35,210 bases of DNA from Nemertoderma westbladi (taxonomy: Eukaryota; Animalia; Xenacoelomorpha): positions 1 through 35,210 of the forward strand of contig JAUCBJ010002870.1 in assembly GCA_032718475.1 (NCBI GenBank), read 5' to 3'. Both the position numbers and the translations under genes were made by a program. How positions within the stretch are numbered: position 1 is the first letter of the stretch; each line of letters opens with the position of its first letter. The notes beneath the pieces are model-generated. The model was not told where the DNA came from. It searched no databases and was given only the letters and a program-made list of their open reading frames with translations. Below are positions 1 to 11,200 of this stretch, one piece after another.

Positions 1-3000
1 CAATCGCCTTATATCACTATGTAAGAGTGCCAGTCTAAGAATTGCTAATGGTCGTGTGGGTTCTGACTGTGGCATCGGAAAATTCACCTATTATTCTAAT
101 CCAGGTTTCAATAATAGAGTAAATTCTAGTTCGACAAACAAAGGTTCTAGAACAGGTGGCTCAACAATTGATTATTTCATAGGGGATTTAGAAATATTGA
201 ACCGGTTCAGTAACTTTTCTGTTGGGGATCCCAATTGTTTTTCACACCACTGTATAGTTAGTGGAACACTAGAGACCTGTTCTAAGAATAACAATGATTT
301 TCGGGTCACCACCGACGGTGACCAAAATATTTCAATTAATCCAGTCCCTGGGAATGCCAACTCCACCGAGGCGCCAATAGTTTGCACTAAGTGGAATATG
401 AATACTGCTGAAAATTTATTTCACGGGCTTGAAACACCTGAAAGTGAAGCTATCCTAAACGAAATTTTAGATTCATTATCAAGTGGAATTTATTCCCCGA
501 ATATTATCAATAGTGCTGTAGACAAACTAAATTTACTACTGCTCGATCTCTGTGGTCCGAATACCAACAAAAATAAACTGGTTTCAACCAGTGACAAATT
601 TTCGGCAAACAATTGGTACAACGAGGAGTGTCATTACCACAAAAGGCAATTTTCCGTTGCCCTAAATGTATGGAAGTCTAATAGAACAGATTTCAACCGG
701 GCCAGGTTATCAAAAAGTAGGAGTGATTATTCACGAGTTATTAAACGTGCAAAGTATGAATTTCAACTTAACAATTCGAAAAAACTGCAAGACTTTAAAG
801 CGAAGGACTGTAAAAAATTTTGGAGACTACTAAAATCTAGTGATAGCAGCAATCCCACTGAATCAACCACACTAACTTCCGAGTCTTTTGAGCGTCACTT
901 TTGCTCCCTTAATAATCTTGACGAGGACGTCGAAAGTAGTCAACCCTCCGGTCATGACTTCATTCCAGATAGACATCCACTGTTCGAATCTAGTTTTACT
1001 ATATTTAATACAATCCTTGGTGATGCCTTTTCAGAGGAGGAAGTTCGAATAGGTATAAGTAATATGAAAGCTGGCAAGTCGGCTGGCCCTGATAACATTC
1101 TACCAGAATTCGTAAAGTGTGGGCAGTCAACATTACTACCTGTACTTACTGCCATTTTTAACTCAGTGTTGTACTCAGGAATATTCCCTAAGCAGTGGTG
1201 CTCGGCAATCATTGTACCGATTTACAAGAAGAAGGGCTATGTATTAGACCCTAGTAACTATCGTGGTATCTCTTTACTGAGTGTGGTGGGGAAGTTATTC
1301 ACGTGGTTACTTAATTCCAGAATACAATGGTGGGCCGACTGCTTTGGGATTTTAGTGTACAGTCAAGGGGGTTTTCGGAAAGACTTTTGCACTTCTGATC
1401 ACATATTTACTTTTAGCACTTTAATAAATCACTTTCTTTATTCCGGTAATTATAACAGATTATTCTGCACATTCGTCGACTTTCAAAAAGCCTTCGATTT
1501 AGTTAACCGATCAGCTCTCTGGCATAAACTTTTCAATCTTGGATTTTCTGGTCGAATTCTACAAGTTATTAAGAGTATGTATGCCGAAGTTAAATCTTGT
1601 GTCCGTTGGGGTGGAGTCTACAGTGAGAGTTTCCCTTGTCTAGTTGGTGTTAGACAGGGTGAGTCATTGTCCCCATTGCTTTTCTCTTTATTTATCAATG
1701 ACCTTGAGCTGGAGTTGATCCGCGGAGGTGCTCCTGGGATTGATCTTGGGACTTTTAAATTATTTCTTCTTCTTTATGCTGACGATATCGTGTTGCTAAG
1801 CGACACAGCTGTCGGTCTCCAGAAGGCTCTGGACATTCTGGGTAACTATAGTTCATTCTGGGGAATGAAAGTTAATCTAAGTAAATCCAAGGTTATGGTC
1901 TTTCGTAAAGGCGGGCCTCTCCGTCGAAACGAACACTGGTTGTATAAGTGTAGCCCCCTGGAAGTAGTTTCTTCCTACTCTTACCTTGGTATTGTATTCA
2001 CCCCATCTGGTAGCTTCACTCTTGCCCAGCAATCTCTTGCAGACAAAGCCAATAAAGCGTATTTCACTCTCCTTAAGTATCTCAGACAGTACCCCAATTT
2101 ATCATTTAAACTTAAGCTGCATCTGTTTAATTCTCTTATCCGTCCTATATTAATGTACTCCTGCGAAGTTTGGGGTTTTCATAATTCGGATGCTATTAAT
2201 CGGATCGTTCTAAAATTTCTTAAATTTATACTCGGCGTCAAGACTTCGACACCCGATTTTATGGTGTATGGTGAAACTGGTTATTTTCCGCTCTCAATTT
2301 CCAGAAAACTTAGTATTATTAAGTATTGGATTCGTATTTTGAATCTTCCTAACTACCGTCTCGTTAAGAAGGCCTATCTTCTCCAACTTCATGACTGCTT
2401 GGTTTTCAGTTCAGTTAACTGGGCCTCCAATGTTCGGGACCTTCTAGGATCCTTAGGCTTCCGGGAAATTTGGGACAACCAGTACGTAGAACACCAAACC
2501 CTATTCTTAGCAGAGCTCAGGACACGACTCCAAGATAATTATATCCAACAGTGGTGGTCACTAGTGAGTTCTTCTCCCAAATCGCTGCTCTACGTTAAGT
2601 ATTTGTTCCAGGAGGAATCCTACCTGAATGTCCTACACAGGTACCCCAGACTCTGTCGGTCGCTTGCGAGATTCCGTACATCATCTCACTCCCTAATGAT
2701 CGAGCAAGGTAGATGGAATAGCACACCCCGTAATGAACGTTATTGCCCTGTCTGTATGTTTGCGGTTATTGAGGATGAATATCACTTTTTGCTAAAATGC
2801 CCAGTCTATCAGGATCTCAGAGTAATTCATTTGTCTGCTCGTTACCACGGAAACCCCACATTAAATAAATATAAAGACTTAGTAGGCTCAAACTCTATTG
2901 AAAAAATCAAATGTCTGGCAATTTTTTTGGCAAAGGCGTCCCAACGGCGCGATAAAATTTTACAACCACATTAGAACGCGGTTTCGGGTAACTTTTTCAG

Positions 3001-3200
3001 TTGTTTTATATTTATGTTTTCATGTTCTATGTACATTACTTTATAAATTTCAATACGTGCATATCTTTACCGTACTGCTGACACTGGTTTACCGGTCTTA
3101 CATTCTTTAGTATTTTCTTCAGTTTGTTTACTTGTAAAATCTAACAATAATGGCTCCATTTGAGCATGTTGTAGTAATAAATAGAAATTGAAAATTGAAT
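1..3200 (+). mobile_element. Non-LTR retrotransposon (LINE), RTEX-like; 5' part lies outside the window
   Basis: APE-RT ORF followed by a ~200-bp 3' UTR, AATAAA at 3176-3181 and a short AAATTG-type repeat tail. The clade call rests on the C-terminal RFRTSSHSLMIEQGRW...CPVC...EDEYHFLLKCPVY motif and is less certain than the LINE call. Confidence 0.9.
2..2974 (+). CDS. LINE ORF2 (C-terminal half of AP endonuclease, reverse transcriptase, C-terminal Cys/His zinc motif), 5'-partial
   Basis: Frame is open from base 2 (NRLISLCKSASLRIANGR..GKFT..STIDY). RT motifs KSAGPD, NYRGISLL, FVDFQKAFD, GVRQGESLSPLLF, LLYADD and YLG are present, with no stop until 2974. Confidence 0.95.
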   Translation, partial: NRLISLCKSASLRIANGRVGSDCGIGKFTYYSNPGFNNRVNSSSTNKGSRTGGSTIDYFIGDLEILNRFSNFSVGDPNCFSHHCIVSGTLETCSKNNNDFRVTTDGDQNISINPVPGNANSTEAPIVCTKWNMNTAENLFHGLETPESEAILNEILDSLSSGIYSPNIINSAVDKLNLLLLDLCGPNTNKNKLVSTSDKFSANNWYNEECHYHKRQFSVALNVWKSNRTDFNRARLSKSRSDYSRVIKRAKYEFQLNNSKKLQDFKAKDCKKFWRLLKSSDSSNPTESTTLTSESFERHFCSLNNLDEDVESSQPSGHDFIPDRHPLFESSFTIFNTILGDAFSEEEVRIGISNMKAGKSAGPDNILPEFVKCGQSTLLPVLTAIFNSVLYSGIFPKQWCSAIIVPIYKKKGYVLDPSNYRGISLLSVVGKLFTWLLNSRIQWWADCFGILVYSQGGFRKDFCTSDHIFTFSTLINHFLYSGNYNRLFCTFVDFQKAFDLVNRSALWHKLFNLGFSGRILQVIKSMYAEVKSCVRWGGVYSESFPCLVGVRQGESLSPLLFSLFINDLELELIRGGAPGIDLGTFKLFLLLYADDIVLLSDTAVGLQKALDILGNYSSFWGMKVNLSKSKVMVFRKGGPLRRNEHWLYKCSPLEVVSSYSYLGIVFTPSGSFTLAQQSLADKANKAYFTLLKYLRQYPNLSFKLKLHLFNSLIRPILMYSCEVWGFHNSDAINRIVLKFLKFILGVKTSTPDFMVYGETGYFPLSISRKLSIIKYWIRILNLPNYRLVKKAYLLQLHDCLVFSSVNWASNVRDLLGSLGFREIWDNQYVEHQTLFLAELRTRLQDNYIQQWWSLVSSSPKSLLYVKYLFQEESYLNVLHRYPRLCRSLARFRTSSHSLMIEQGRWNSTPRNERYCPVCMFAVIEDEYHFLLKCPVYQDLRVIHLSARYHGNPTLNKYKDLVGSNSIEKIKCLAIFLAKASQRRDKILQPH

Positions 3201-3307
3201 TAATATTTTCTTTCAACTCTGTATTCTGTTCTTCCGGCTCTGTAACCTGTTAGGAAATATTTTTATAACTTTTAAGAAATTGTCGCGCTCTCGTCACCGT
3301 AGTAATC

Positions 3308-3504
3308 ATAATTGAGTTGAGATAATGTCTGGGAGAACTCAGGTGACCAAAAAAGAAAGGGTAACAACAGTTACGAGCTTTCACCCAACAGGGCTTCTCA
3401 AGCCATTCATCAAGCCCTGTCGGATGAAAGCTCGTAACTGTTGTTACCCTTTCTTTTTTGGTCACCAGAGAGAGGTCTCCCAGACATTATCTCAACTCAA
3501 TTAT
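3308..3504. repeat. Long near-perfect inverted repeat (foldback/MITE-like)
   Basis: ATAATTGAGTTGAGATAATGTCTGGGA... at 3308 is mirrored by ...TCCCAGACATTATCTCAACTCAATTAT ending at 3504. Arms are ~90 bp and the central spacer is ~15 nt. Confidence 0.9.
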
Positions 3505-3739
3505 TTTATAACTTTTATGAATTTATCTCAACTTGTCACCACTTGCAATATCTATGAAAACGCATGAAATTACATTTAAAATAATAATTTAAAATAACTA
3601 ACAAACTTACATTAATGGCTCCACATTGTCCATCATTTGCCTGTAATAATAAATAAATTATAAATAGCTCTGCCGTGCAATGTAAAAAGACCATAAGTCG
3701 CATTTTTTCAAAATTCACTTTTTCTGGTTAAGGTTGGTT

Positions 3740-4313
3740 GGAGCAGGTTAAGGCCGGATTTTCTAACCAAAACAATAAACAGTCACTTTACCAAATGAAG
3801 GAAAGGAGCAGGTTACAGAGGTTTGCCTTTCTAACCAAAACAATAAACGGCCACTTTACCAAATTAGGGAAAGGAGCAGGTTACAGAGGCGGGATTTTCT
3901 AATCAAAACAATAAACAATCTCTTAACTAATTGAGGGAAAGGAGCAGGTTACAGAGGCGGGATTTTCTAACCAAAACAATAAACGATCACTTAACTAATT
4001 GAGGGAAAGGAGCAGGTTACAGAGGCGGGATTTTCTAACCAAAACAATAAACGATAACATTACCAATTGAGAGAAAGGAGAAGGTTACAGAGGCGGGATT
4101 TCCTAACCAAAACAATAAACGATCTCTTAACTAATTGAGGGAAAAGAGCAGGTTAGAGAGGCGGGATTTTCTAACCAAAACAATAAACGATCACTTAACT
4201 AATCGAGGGAAAGAGCAGGTTACAGAGGCGGGGTTTTCTAACCAAAACAATAAACGATCACTTAACTAATTGAGGGAAAGGAGCATGTTACAGAGGCGGG
4301 ATTTTCTATCCAA
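3740..4313. repeat. 68-bp tandem repeat, ~8 copies
   Basis: Unit GGAGCAGGTTACAGAGGCGGGATTTTCTAACCAAAACAATAAACGATCACTTAACTAATTGAGGGAAA, e.g. starting at 3941 and 4009. Confidence 0.95.
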
Positions 4314-4908
4314 CGGTAACGGTATCAAATGGAAACGGTAACGGGGTATAACATGTATAAGTAGTTTTTTCGAGTACGTATGAGTTTATAAACTGATCTG
4401 TGCTGTTGGAAGTAGTGGTGCCGCTATCAGTAACACTACACAGACAGTAGTCATGATCCATTATAAAACTGATAAATTATGTATGTGAAACTGAAAGGTA
4501 TATCCACATTTTCCACAATCCAGTTTGGCCTATCAATTATTTAAAATTTATTAGCACAACCGGTCAGCCGGTAGCCCTACCAATACCGTATTCTAATGGT
4601 AAGGCTACACGTGTACACAGTAGGCCTACAGCAGTACCGGTGCCGGTACCGGTACTAAAATAGCGAAAATACCTGCTTAATACCTACATCTGTACAAACA
4701 ATACAGCAATAATACTGCAAAATAGTGCTCTATATACTAATACCGGTACTGATAGCAGCCTGGGAGAACAGCAGTAGAGAAACCGGTAGCCTGGAACCTA
4801 ACAGTAAATTTCTGGAGGACATATAAAGTAAAAAAAAGGACATCATGAGTGATTTAAACGGATAATAAAAATTATTGCGATAGAAAATTTTGAAAAATCC
4901 ACCACATA

Positions 4909-5169
4909 TTACAATATTACAAGAAAACTGATATGAGTTGGGGTACAATTGGTGTGGGGACAACGGAACAACAAATGTGGACATGGGAATAAGACGTTGG
5001 ACGTGGCCAGGGAAACAGACGTGGACAGACGGATATCCAACGCGACATGGGGAGACCAAATGGTGGTGACGGGATAACCTATACGGACAACTAAAAAGGA
5101 CAACTGAACAACCAATATGGATATCCGGACACATGAGACTGGGGGAGGCCATAATAATAGCAAACCAGT
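4909..5169 (-). CDS. Putative exon 2 of a small host gene (or pseudogene)
   Basis: Polypyrimidine tract plus TTGCAG acceptor ending at 5170 on the - strand. The phase-0 frame stays open for 86 codons to TAA at 4909. GYP/GLP motifs scattered over different frames hint at frameshifts. Confidence 0.4.
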   Translation of the reverse strand, partial: TGLLLLWPPPVSCVRISILVVQLSFLVVRIGYPVTTIWSPHVALDIRLSTSVSLATSNVLFPCPHLLFRCPHTNCTPTHISFLVIL

Positions 5170-5469
5170 CTGCAATACTCGGACAAAAACAAAAATAAAT
5201 GTGAACTGAATAACTAACAGACAGTTTGTGAGACAGTCAAACAGCTGTTGGCTACAGACATGTATGCGTTGTCACTCTCTCTAGGATGCTAACCGTTTAA
5301 ATACAATTTCTGTTTGTGGAATAATTCTGTGAGAAAACATTTTTTTTTGTTTTGATGAATAAATCTAACATCCTTCATAAAGGGTTTCTTTTTTCACGTG
5401 AGCAAATCATTAAATGAATAATTCAGATAACAACGCTAAATGAATACTTTATGCATTAAATAAACTTAC

Positions 5470-5526
5470 CTGGAGTAGGAAAAGAGCTGACAGCAGAGAA
5501 AATAGTTTAAGAGTTACGGGCAACAT
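5470..5526 (-). CDS. Putative first coding exon encoding a signal peptide (MLPVTLKLFSLLSALFLLQ)
   Basis: AAAAATG start context, a basic residue followed by a hydrophobic stretch, a perfect CAG|GTAAGT donor at 5470/5469, and an upstream TATAAATA. Confidence 0.6.
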
Positions 5527-5610
5527 TTTTACAGTATTTGTAAATAACTTTGTAACTAAAGTTATGATAATTTTCTGAGAGAGAATGGTTTTAATGCCTA
5601 AAACTCCTCC

Positions 5611-5618
5611 TATTTATA
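5611..5618 (-). promoter_or_regulatory. TATA box of the putative signal-peptide gene
   Basis: TATAAATA on the - strand, ~85 nt upstream of the ATG at 5526. Confidence 0.45.
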
Positions 5619-5779
5619 CACTTTTGACAAAGGCAATTACTTATGCAATGAATAAAGTCTCATAAAGGCAATCAAAGGCGGCAAGTATTAAGACCTTTAT
5701 AGAATAATTATTAGTACCTTAGTATAGATACCACTGTGTGTTAGTTATCACTTTAAATTACATTCTTATAATTAACTGT

Positions 5780-6330
5780 CACAGAAAGACTGCTGCAGAC
5801 TGGCTACCAGTTACAGATAGACTGCGGGCGTCTGGATACCAGTTAAAGGCAGACTGCTGGGGCCTGGCTACCAGTTACAGGCAGACTGCTAGCGCCTGGC
5901 TACCAGTTACAGACAGAATCCTGGCACCTGGCTACCATGTTACAGACAGACTGCTGGCGCCTGGCTACCAGATACAGACAAACTGCTGGCGCCTGGCTAT
6001 CAGTTACAGACAGACTGCGGGCGTCTGGATATCAGTTACAGGCAGACTGCTAGCGCCTGGCTACCAGATACAGACAGACTGCTGGCGCCTGGCTACCAGT
6101 TACAGACAGACTGCGGGCATCTGAATACCAGATAAGGCAGACTGCTAGCGCCTGCGTACCATAAGATACAGACAGACTGCTGGTGCCTGGCTACCAGTTA
6201 CAGACAGACTGCAGGCGTCTGGATACCAGTTACAGGCAGACTGCTAGCGCCTGGCTACCAGATACAGGCAACTGCTAACGCCTGGCGACCAGTTACAGAC
6301 AGATTGTGGGCGCCTGGCGACCTCTTACAT
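5780..6330. repeat. 32-bp tandem repeat, ~17 copies
   Basis: Unit ~CAGACAGACTGCTGGCGCCTGGCTACCAGTTA; TACCAG recurs at 5805, 5837 and 5869. Confidence 0.95.
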
Positions 6331-6427
6331 ACAGGTACTGTACTTCGCAGCGCAGTGGTTACATCGCGTTTCGGCAACTATCACGTTCGGCAAGAGTAGT
6401 AATTCGGCAATAAAGTTACGTTTCGGT

Positions 6428-6493
6428 AAAACAGAGCACATTACACCAGTGTTGCGTGATCTTCATTGGCTGCCTATTCTGCGCCGTATTGAT
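6428..6493 (+). mobile_element. L2-like LINE ORF2 fragment
   Basis: Translates as KTEHITPVLRDLHWLPILRRID, the HITPVL..LHWLP..RI motif typical of L2-group LINE C-termini. Confidence 0.8.
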
Positions 6494-6494
6494 T

Positions 6495-6860
6495 AGGAAG
6501 ATACCCCACTTAAACTCCTGGGCCTTCATACGTTGCCAAGTCATCGACCCGACGTCGGCCCATTATTCGAAGATCCTAAACTTCTCTTCGTCGTCCATCC
6601 AGTCGCACTGGCGTCCGTAATGTCCCCGAAAGTTACATTTCGAACATCGGTTGTGCAACCGAGGTCACGCTCCCATCCTGTGGCTCGAATCTCGGCAATA
6701 GAGACAATAAGTCCCCTTCTGGAACCGATACAAACAGCTCCTTTCCTGGTGAGTCTGTCTCCCACAGTAGTCGCCACCGAGTATCAATGTCTCCCGTCCC
6801 ACGTCGTCTTTCGTCCCAAGCAAACTCTGCCTTTCTCTTCCTGATCAGTTTGCTCGCCAT
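6495..6860 (-). pseudogene. Degenerate triple CCHC zinc-knuckle ORF
   Basis: One - frame reads (G)DYCGRQTHQERSC, CLYCRDSSHRMGA* and CSKCNFRGHYGRQC, with stops at 6665-6667 and 6563-6565. A possible start MASKLIRKRK at 6860 needs a frameshift. Not shown in the ORF track. Confidence 0.75.
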
Positions 6861-7334
6861 TCTGAACTCTGTCACTCGCTCACCTGTAAGGTGGTGCCTT
6901 ACCAAGGCGCAATACAGATGAGTGACAAGTTAAAGATGGTCTGTATAGTTCGACAATGGCCTATTCCTTACCTAACTATGCCTTTTAACCTAAATTCTTA
7001 TTACTTAATTTTGAAGCTAGTAAATGTACCCTAATTTCAGTTTCTGTCAGTTACTTTTATTATGTTCCAGAATAATTTTCCTAGTGTTGCCATAATTTGT
7101 AACTTTTTTTTATTTATTTTTAATTTAGTTTTAACTCTACTGTCCTACTACTTACTATTGCCTATGGATTATTCTATTCTCTAATCCACATTCTGGCCTA
7201 CTCTGTGGGCCTGTGGAGTACAACAGTATATGTCGCGTGGCCTACACGATCTATTCAACTGTGCTCATATGCCTCCCTCTCGCTACTAACTGCTAACTAA
7301 TATCTATATCATATATACCCTTCTACCTCTATCT

Positions 7335-8165
7335 CTTACTAACTAGTACTACGTACTTTCTTACTAACTCTTACTCTCTCTAACTAACTATCGGTACTAC
7401 GTAACCTCTAACTCTTATTCTCTCTCTCTCTAACTATCGGAACTACGTACCCTCTAACTCTTACTCTCTCTCTCTAACTATCGGTACTACGTACCCTCTA
7501 ACTCTTACTCTCTCTCTCTCTAACTATCGGTACTACGTACCCTCTAACTCTTACTCTCTCTCTCTCTAACTATCGGTACTACGTACCCTCTAACTCTCAC
7601 TCTCTCTCTCTCTAACTATCGGAACTACGTACCCTCTAACTCTTACTCTCTCTCTCTAACTATCGGTACTACGTACCCTCTAACTCTTACTCTCTCTCTC
7701 TCTAACTATCGGTACTACGTACCCTCTAACTCTTACTCTCTCTCTCTAACTATCGGTAATACGTACCCTCTAACTCTCACTCTCTCTCTCTCTAACTATC
7801 GGTACTACGTACCCTCTTACTCTTACTCTCTTTCTAACTACGTACCCTCTAACTACTCTAACTAACTAACTAACACTCACTCTCTTTCTAACTAGCGGTA
7901 CTACGTACCCTCTAACTACTCTAACTAACTAACTAACTAACGGTACTACTTACCCTCTAACTCTTACTCTCTTTCTAACTAACGGTACTATGTACCCTCT
8001 AACTACTCTAATTCCACTAACTAATGGTACTACGTACCCTCTAACTCTTACTCTCTTTCTAACTAGTGGTACTACGTACCCTCTAACTACTCTAACTCCA
8101 CTAACCAACGGTACTACGTACCCTCTAACTCTTACTCTACTAACTAACTAACTGACTAACTCTTA
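7335..8165 (-). repeat. ~42-46-bp tandem repeat in the 3' region of copy A, ~17 units
   Basis: Plus-strand unit CTAACTATCGGTACTACGTACCCTCTAACTCTTA(CT)n. Confidence 0.95.
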
Positions 8166-8286
8166 CTATTTTTTTATTTATTTTATTTTTTGTGTGGGAA
8201 GGGCGTCTCGCCCTCAATCCCACCCCCCTCAGTCCAAAAACTTGGACGACTAAACACTTCTCACCCCTATACTCTACACTCTACAT

Positions 8287-11200
8287 TTAAGGTGCTCCTT
8301 CTAATAGACAGCATTTCCCTACAGCCCTCCTGTAGGTTTTTCTGTCTTTCGCACCTATCTTGCCACCTATCCGCACTTCTACCGATCGGACTCTTCCGTC
8401 CTCATCGGAGTAGGTGCCTACCACTCTCGCCAACCGCCACTGGTTGTTGATGATAGTATCATCCGTGACGATCACGAGATCTCCCTCCCTTAACTCCCTA
8501 CTTGATTTCCTCCACTTGCTTCGTTTGTGAAGCGCTTATTATTTCTTATTATTATTTCCAACTCTGGCATGAGTGTATGTCATCTGGGTCTACACCCCGC
8601 ATATCGATGGTCGCTGGCCTCTCCATTAGGAAATGGCTGGGCGTCAGCACCTCTAGTGACTCAGGGTCATCATTCTCCGGATATGGCGGTCTGCTATTAA
8701 TGATACCCTCACACTTTGCAAGTACTGTTCTCAAGACGTCCTCCGTGACCATATGGGTGTTCATTAACTTCGTCATTAGACGCTTTGAACTGCCCACCAG
8801 TCTCTCGACGCATCCTAGTGTATGTGGTGCATACGGCGTCCTTCTCTCCCACTTTACTTGTCGTCGCCTCATGGCTGCCCTGACTTCCCTCCCCTTCCAA
8901 GATGTCCAAGGCCTCTGCCATCTCGTTCTCTGCCCCCACAAAGTTGGTTCCGCTGTCGGAGTACATTACTTCGATCGTCCCACCTTTGCGGTCTCTGAAC
9001 CTTTCTAATGCATTTATAAATGCTGATGCGGTTGCATCTTGGGCGAGTTCTATCCCTACCGCCTGTGTGTTGTTACATACGAAGATAATACCGTAGCGTT
9101 TCTCCGTATGCCGCATTACTTTGATCTTTATCGGCCCGAACATGTCCACACTGCAATGCGTAAATGGCGGGTCGTGCTGACTTACTCTGCTCGCCGGTAG
9201 TGGCGCCATCTCCTGTATGGCTCGCTCCTTCTTCGCTCGTCTGCAGGTCTGGCACTGCCCCACTACCGCTTTTACCTTCTTTCTCAACTGTTTGACCCAA
9301 TAGGTCCTCCTTATCTACGCGAGGGTTCGGTTGGTGCCCCCGTGCAATATCGACTTGTGGGAGTCCCAGATAATCTGGTGGACTATTGGCGATCCTGTAG
9401 GGATGATGATGGGCTTCGGCGGTACCACGATGCTGTTGTTGTATCCCACCCTAGAGTTCATTACTAGAATCCCGTCATCATTAAGTTGTGGTGACAGCTC
9501 GCTTGTGATTAGCTCGCTGTCCCGTCGAAGATGCTGTTGCTTACTGACGCGTTCCACCTTGTCGCCATAGTTCTTCCGTTGTTCATAGCGGATGACTGCT
9601 CCGGCCGCTCCTTCCAGATCTATGGTTGTCCTGATCTTCTTGTCTTTGCCAACTCCCGCGAGGAAATTCCCGAAGGCTCTCCAGTACGCCACTAATTTAT
9701 ACCAACTAGAGCTGTAGCTGAGGAGTTTGTCCGTTGGGTTATCGCACAGTTCTTCTGGTTTGGGTCGCATGTCCCTTATCTCCCTCACCATCTGGGAGTA
9801 TATCTCTTCCCCCTCTGAATCTCCCTCTTCTCCCTCTGATACTACTTCTCCCCAGCCCGGGTCCACCTTTCTCATCGGCGGCCAGGCCTCCTTGTCGCTC
9901 AGAAACTGAGGCCCGTGTTGCCACAATGCTTCCTTTTTTAAGAAAGTGTGGCGTGCCACGCCCCTCGATAACAAGTCCGCTGGGTTCTCGTCCGTTGGGC
10001 AGTAGTGCCACCTTTCTAGCTCTGTCGTCGCCCTTATTTCGTCCACTCTATTCGCGACGAATATAGGGTATCGCGTTTTCTCGTTATGTAGCCAGCCGAG
10101 CACTACCATGGAGTCCGTCCAGTAGTGTGTCTCCACTATGTTGGGAATAGCGTCCATTATGTAGGCTGTGGCCCTAACTCCTAATCTCGCAGCTGTCAAC
10201 TCTAGTTTGGGAACCGATGCCGAATCTGGTGGCATTGACTTTGCCTTGCTGAAGGCAAGTCTGGGCTTGTGAGACCCCTCTCGTTGTACTAAGTAGAGTG
10301 CCGCTCCGTAAGCCTCTAGTGACGCATCGGAGAACATATGCAGATCCAGGTTCGTCATGTCCCCATCCGGGAAATACACTCGTGGCATGCTGTATGTTCC
10401 CATCTGCTCTAAACCTTCTGTCCACTTACACCACTGTTTCTTAATCTCTTCTGGTACCTCTTCGTCCCACTCATCCTTCAGTTTGTATACTCTTTTGAGT
10501 ATCTGTTTCCCCGTTACTAGTAGTGGGGATGCTAGGCCTAGGGGATCGTATATTCTTGCTATGTATGACACATAGCCTCTCTTTGTGTGGATGTCTGCGC
10601 CCTCCTGGCTCAGCTGGTACTTCAGTTCGTCTGTCTCTCTGTTCCACACGATTCCCAGTGCCTTCTGTTGAGACTCTGTTCTCTTATTCGCCATGTCCTG
10701 CCATTTGGCTGTCGTGGGATTATCCATGGTCGATTCTGGTCTCTCGTCCTCTATCGCTCTGATAAATTCCTCCGAACTGGATTGGAATTTGGTTAGGTTA
10801 AAGCCGGATCCTTTTAGGATGTCGCGAACCTCGCGCCCTGTGTCCAGTATCTCTTTAACCGTGTTTCCAGACTCCATTCCGTCGTCTACGTAGAAGCCGC
10901 GTCGAATCATATCGACGGCCCTAGTGCTGTATCTATCCTCCTTCCCTTTTACTGTGTCTCTTACTGCCATAGTCGTCGTGAAGGAAGACGACTTGGCCCC
11001 CATGTTCTGTACTATCATTTTGTACATCGGTATAATCGACGGTTCTTCGTCGCCGTTGTACCATAAGAAGCGTTGACTATCGCTATCTTCTTCCGTTACA
11101 CGGACTTGGTTGAACATGCCCTCTATATCACAGGTGAAGGCGTGTTTCCCATTCCTGAATCTAAGTAGAACCTCGATCCCCGAGTTGTAGATATTGGGAC

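Noticed and set aside
5738-6124. 128-aa ORF
   Set aside because: It is a translation of the 32-bp minisatellite.
6500-6844. Plus-strand CR1-like remnant (LKLLGLHTL...) and ORF 6533-6844
   Set aside because: The resemblance is weak, and the minus-strand triple knuckle reading explains the region much better.
6950-7330. Expected 3' LTR and TSD of copy A
   Set aside because: No match to the 16411-16954 LTR was found anywhere to the left of pol.
3740-8165. Regularly spaced repeats as CRISPR arrays
   Set aside because: The units are tandem with no unique spacers, there are no cas genes, and the context is eukaryotic.
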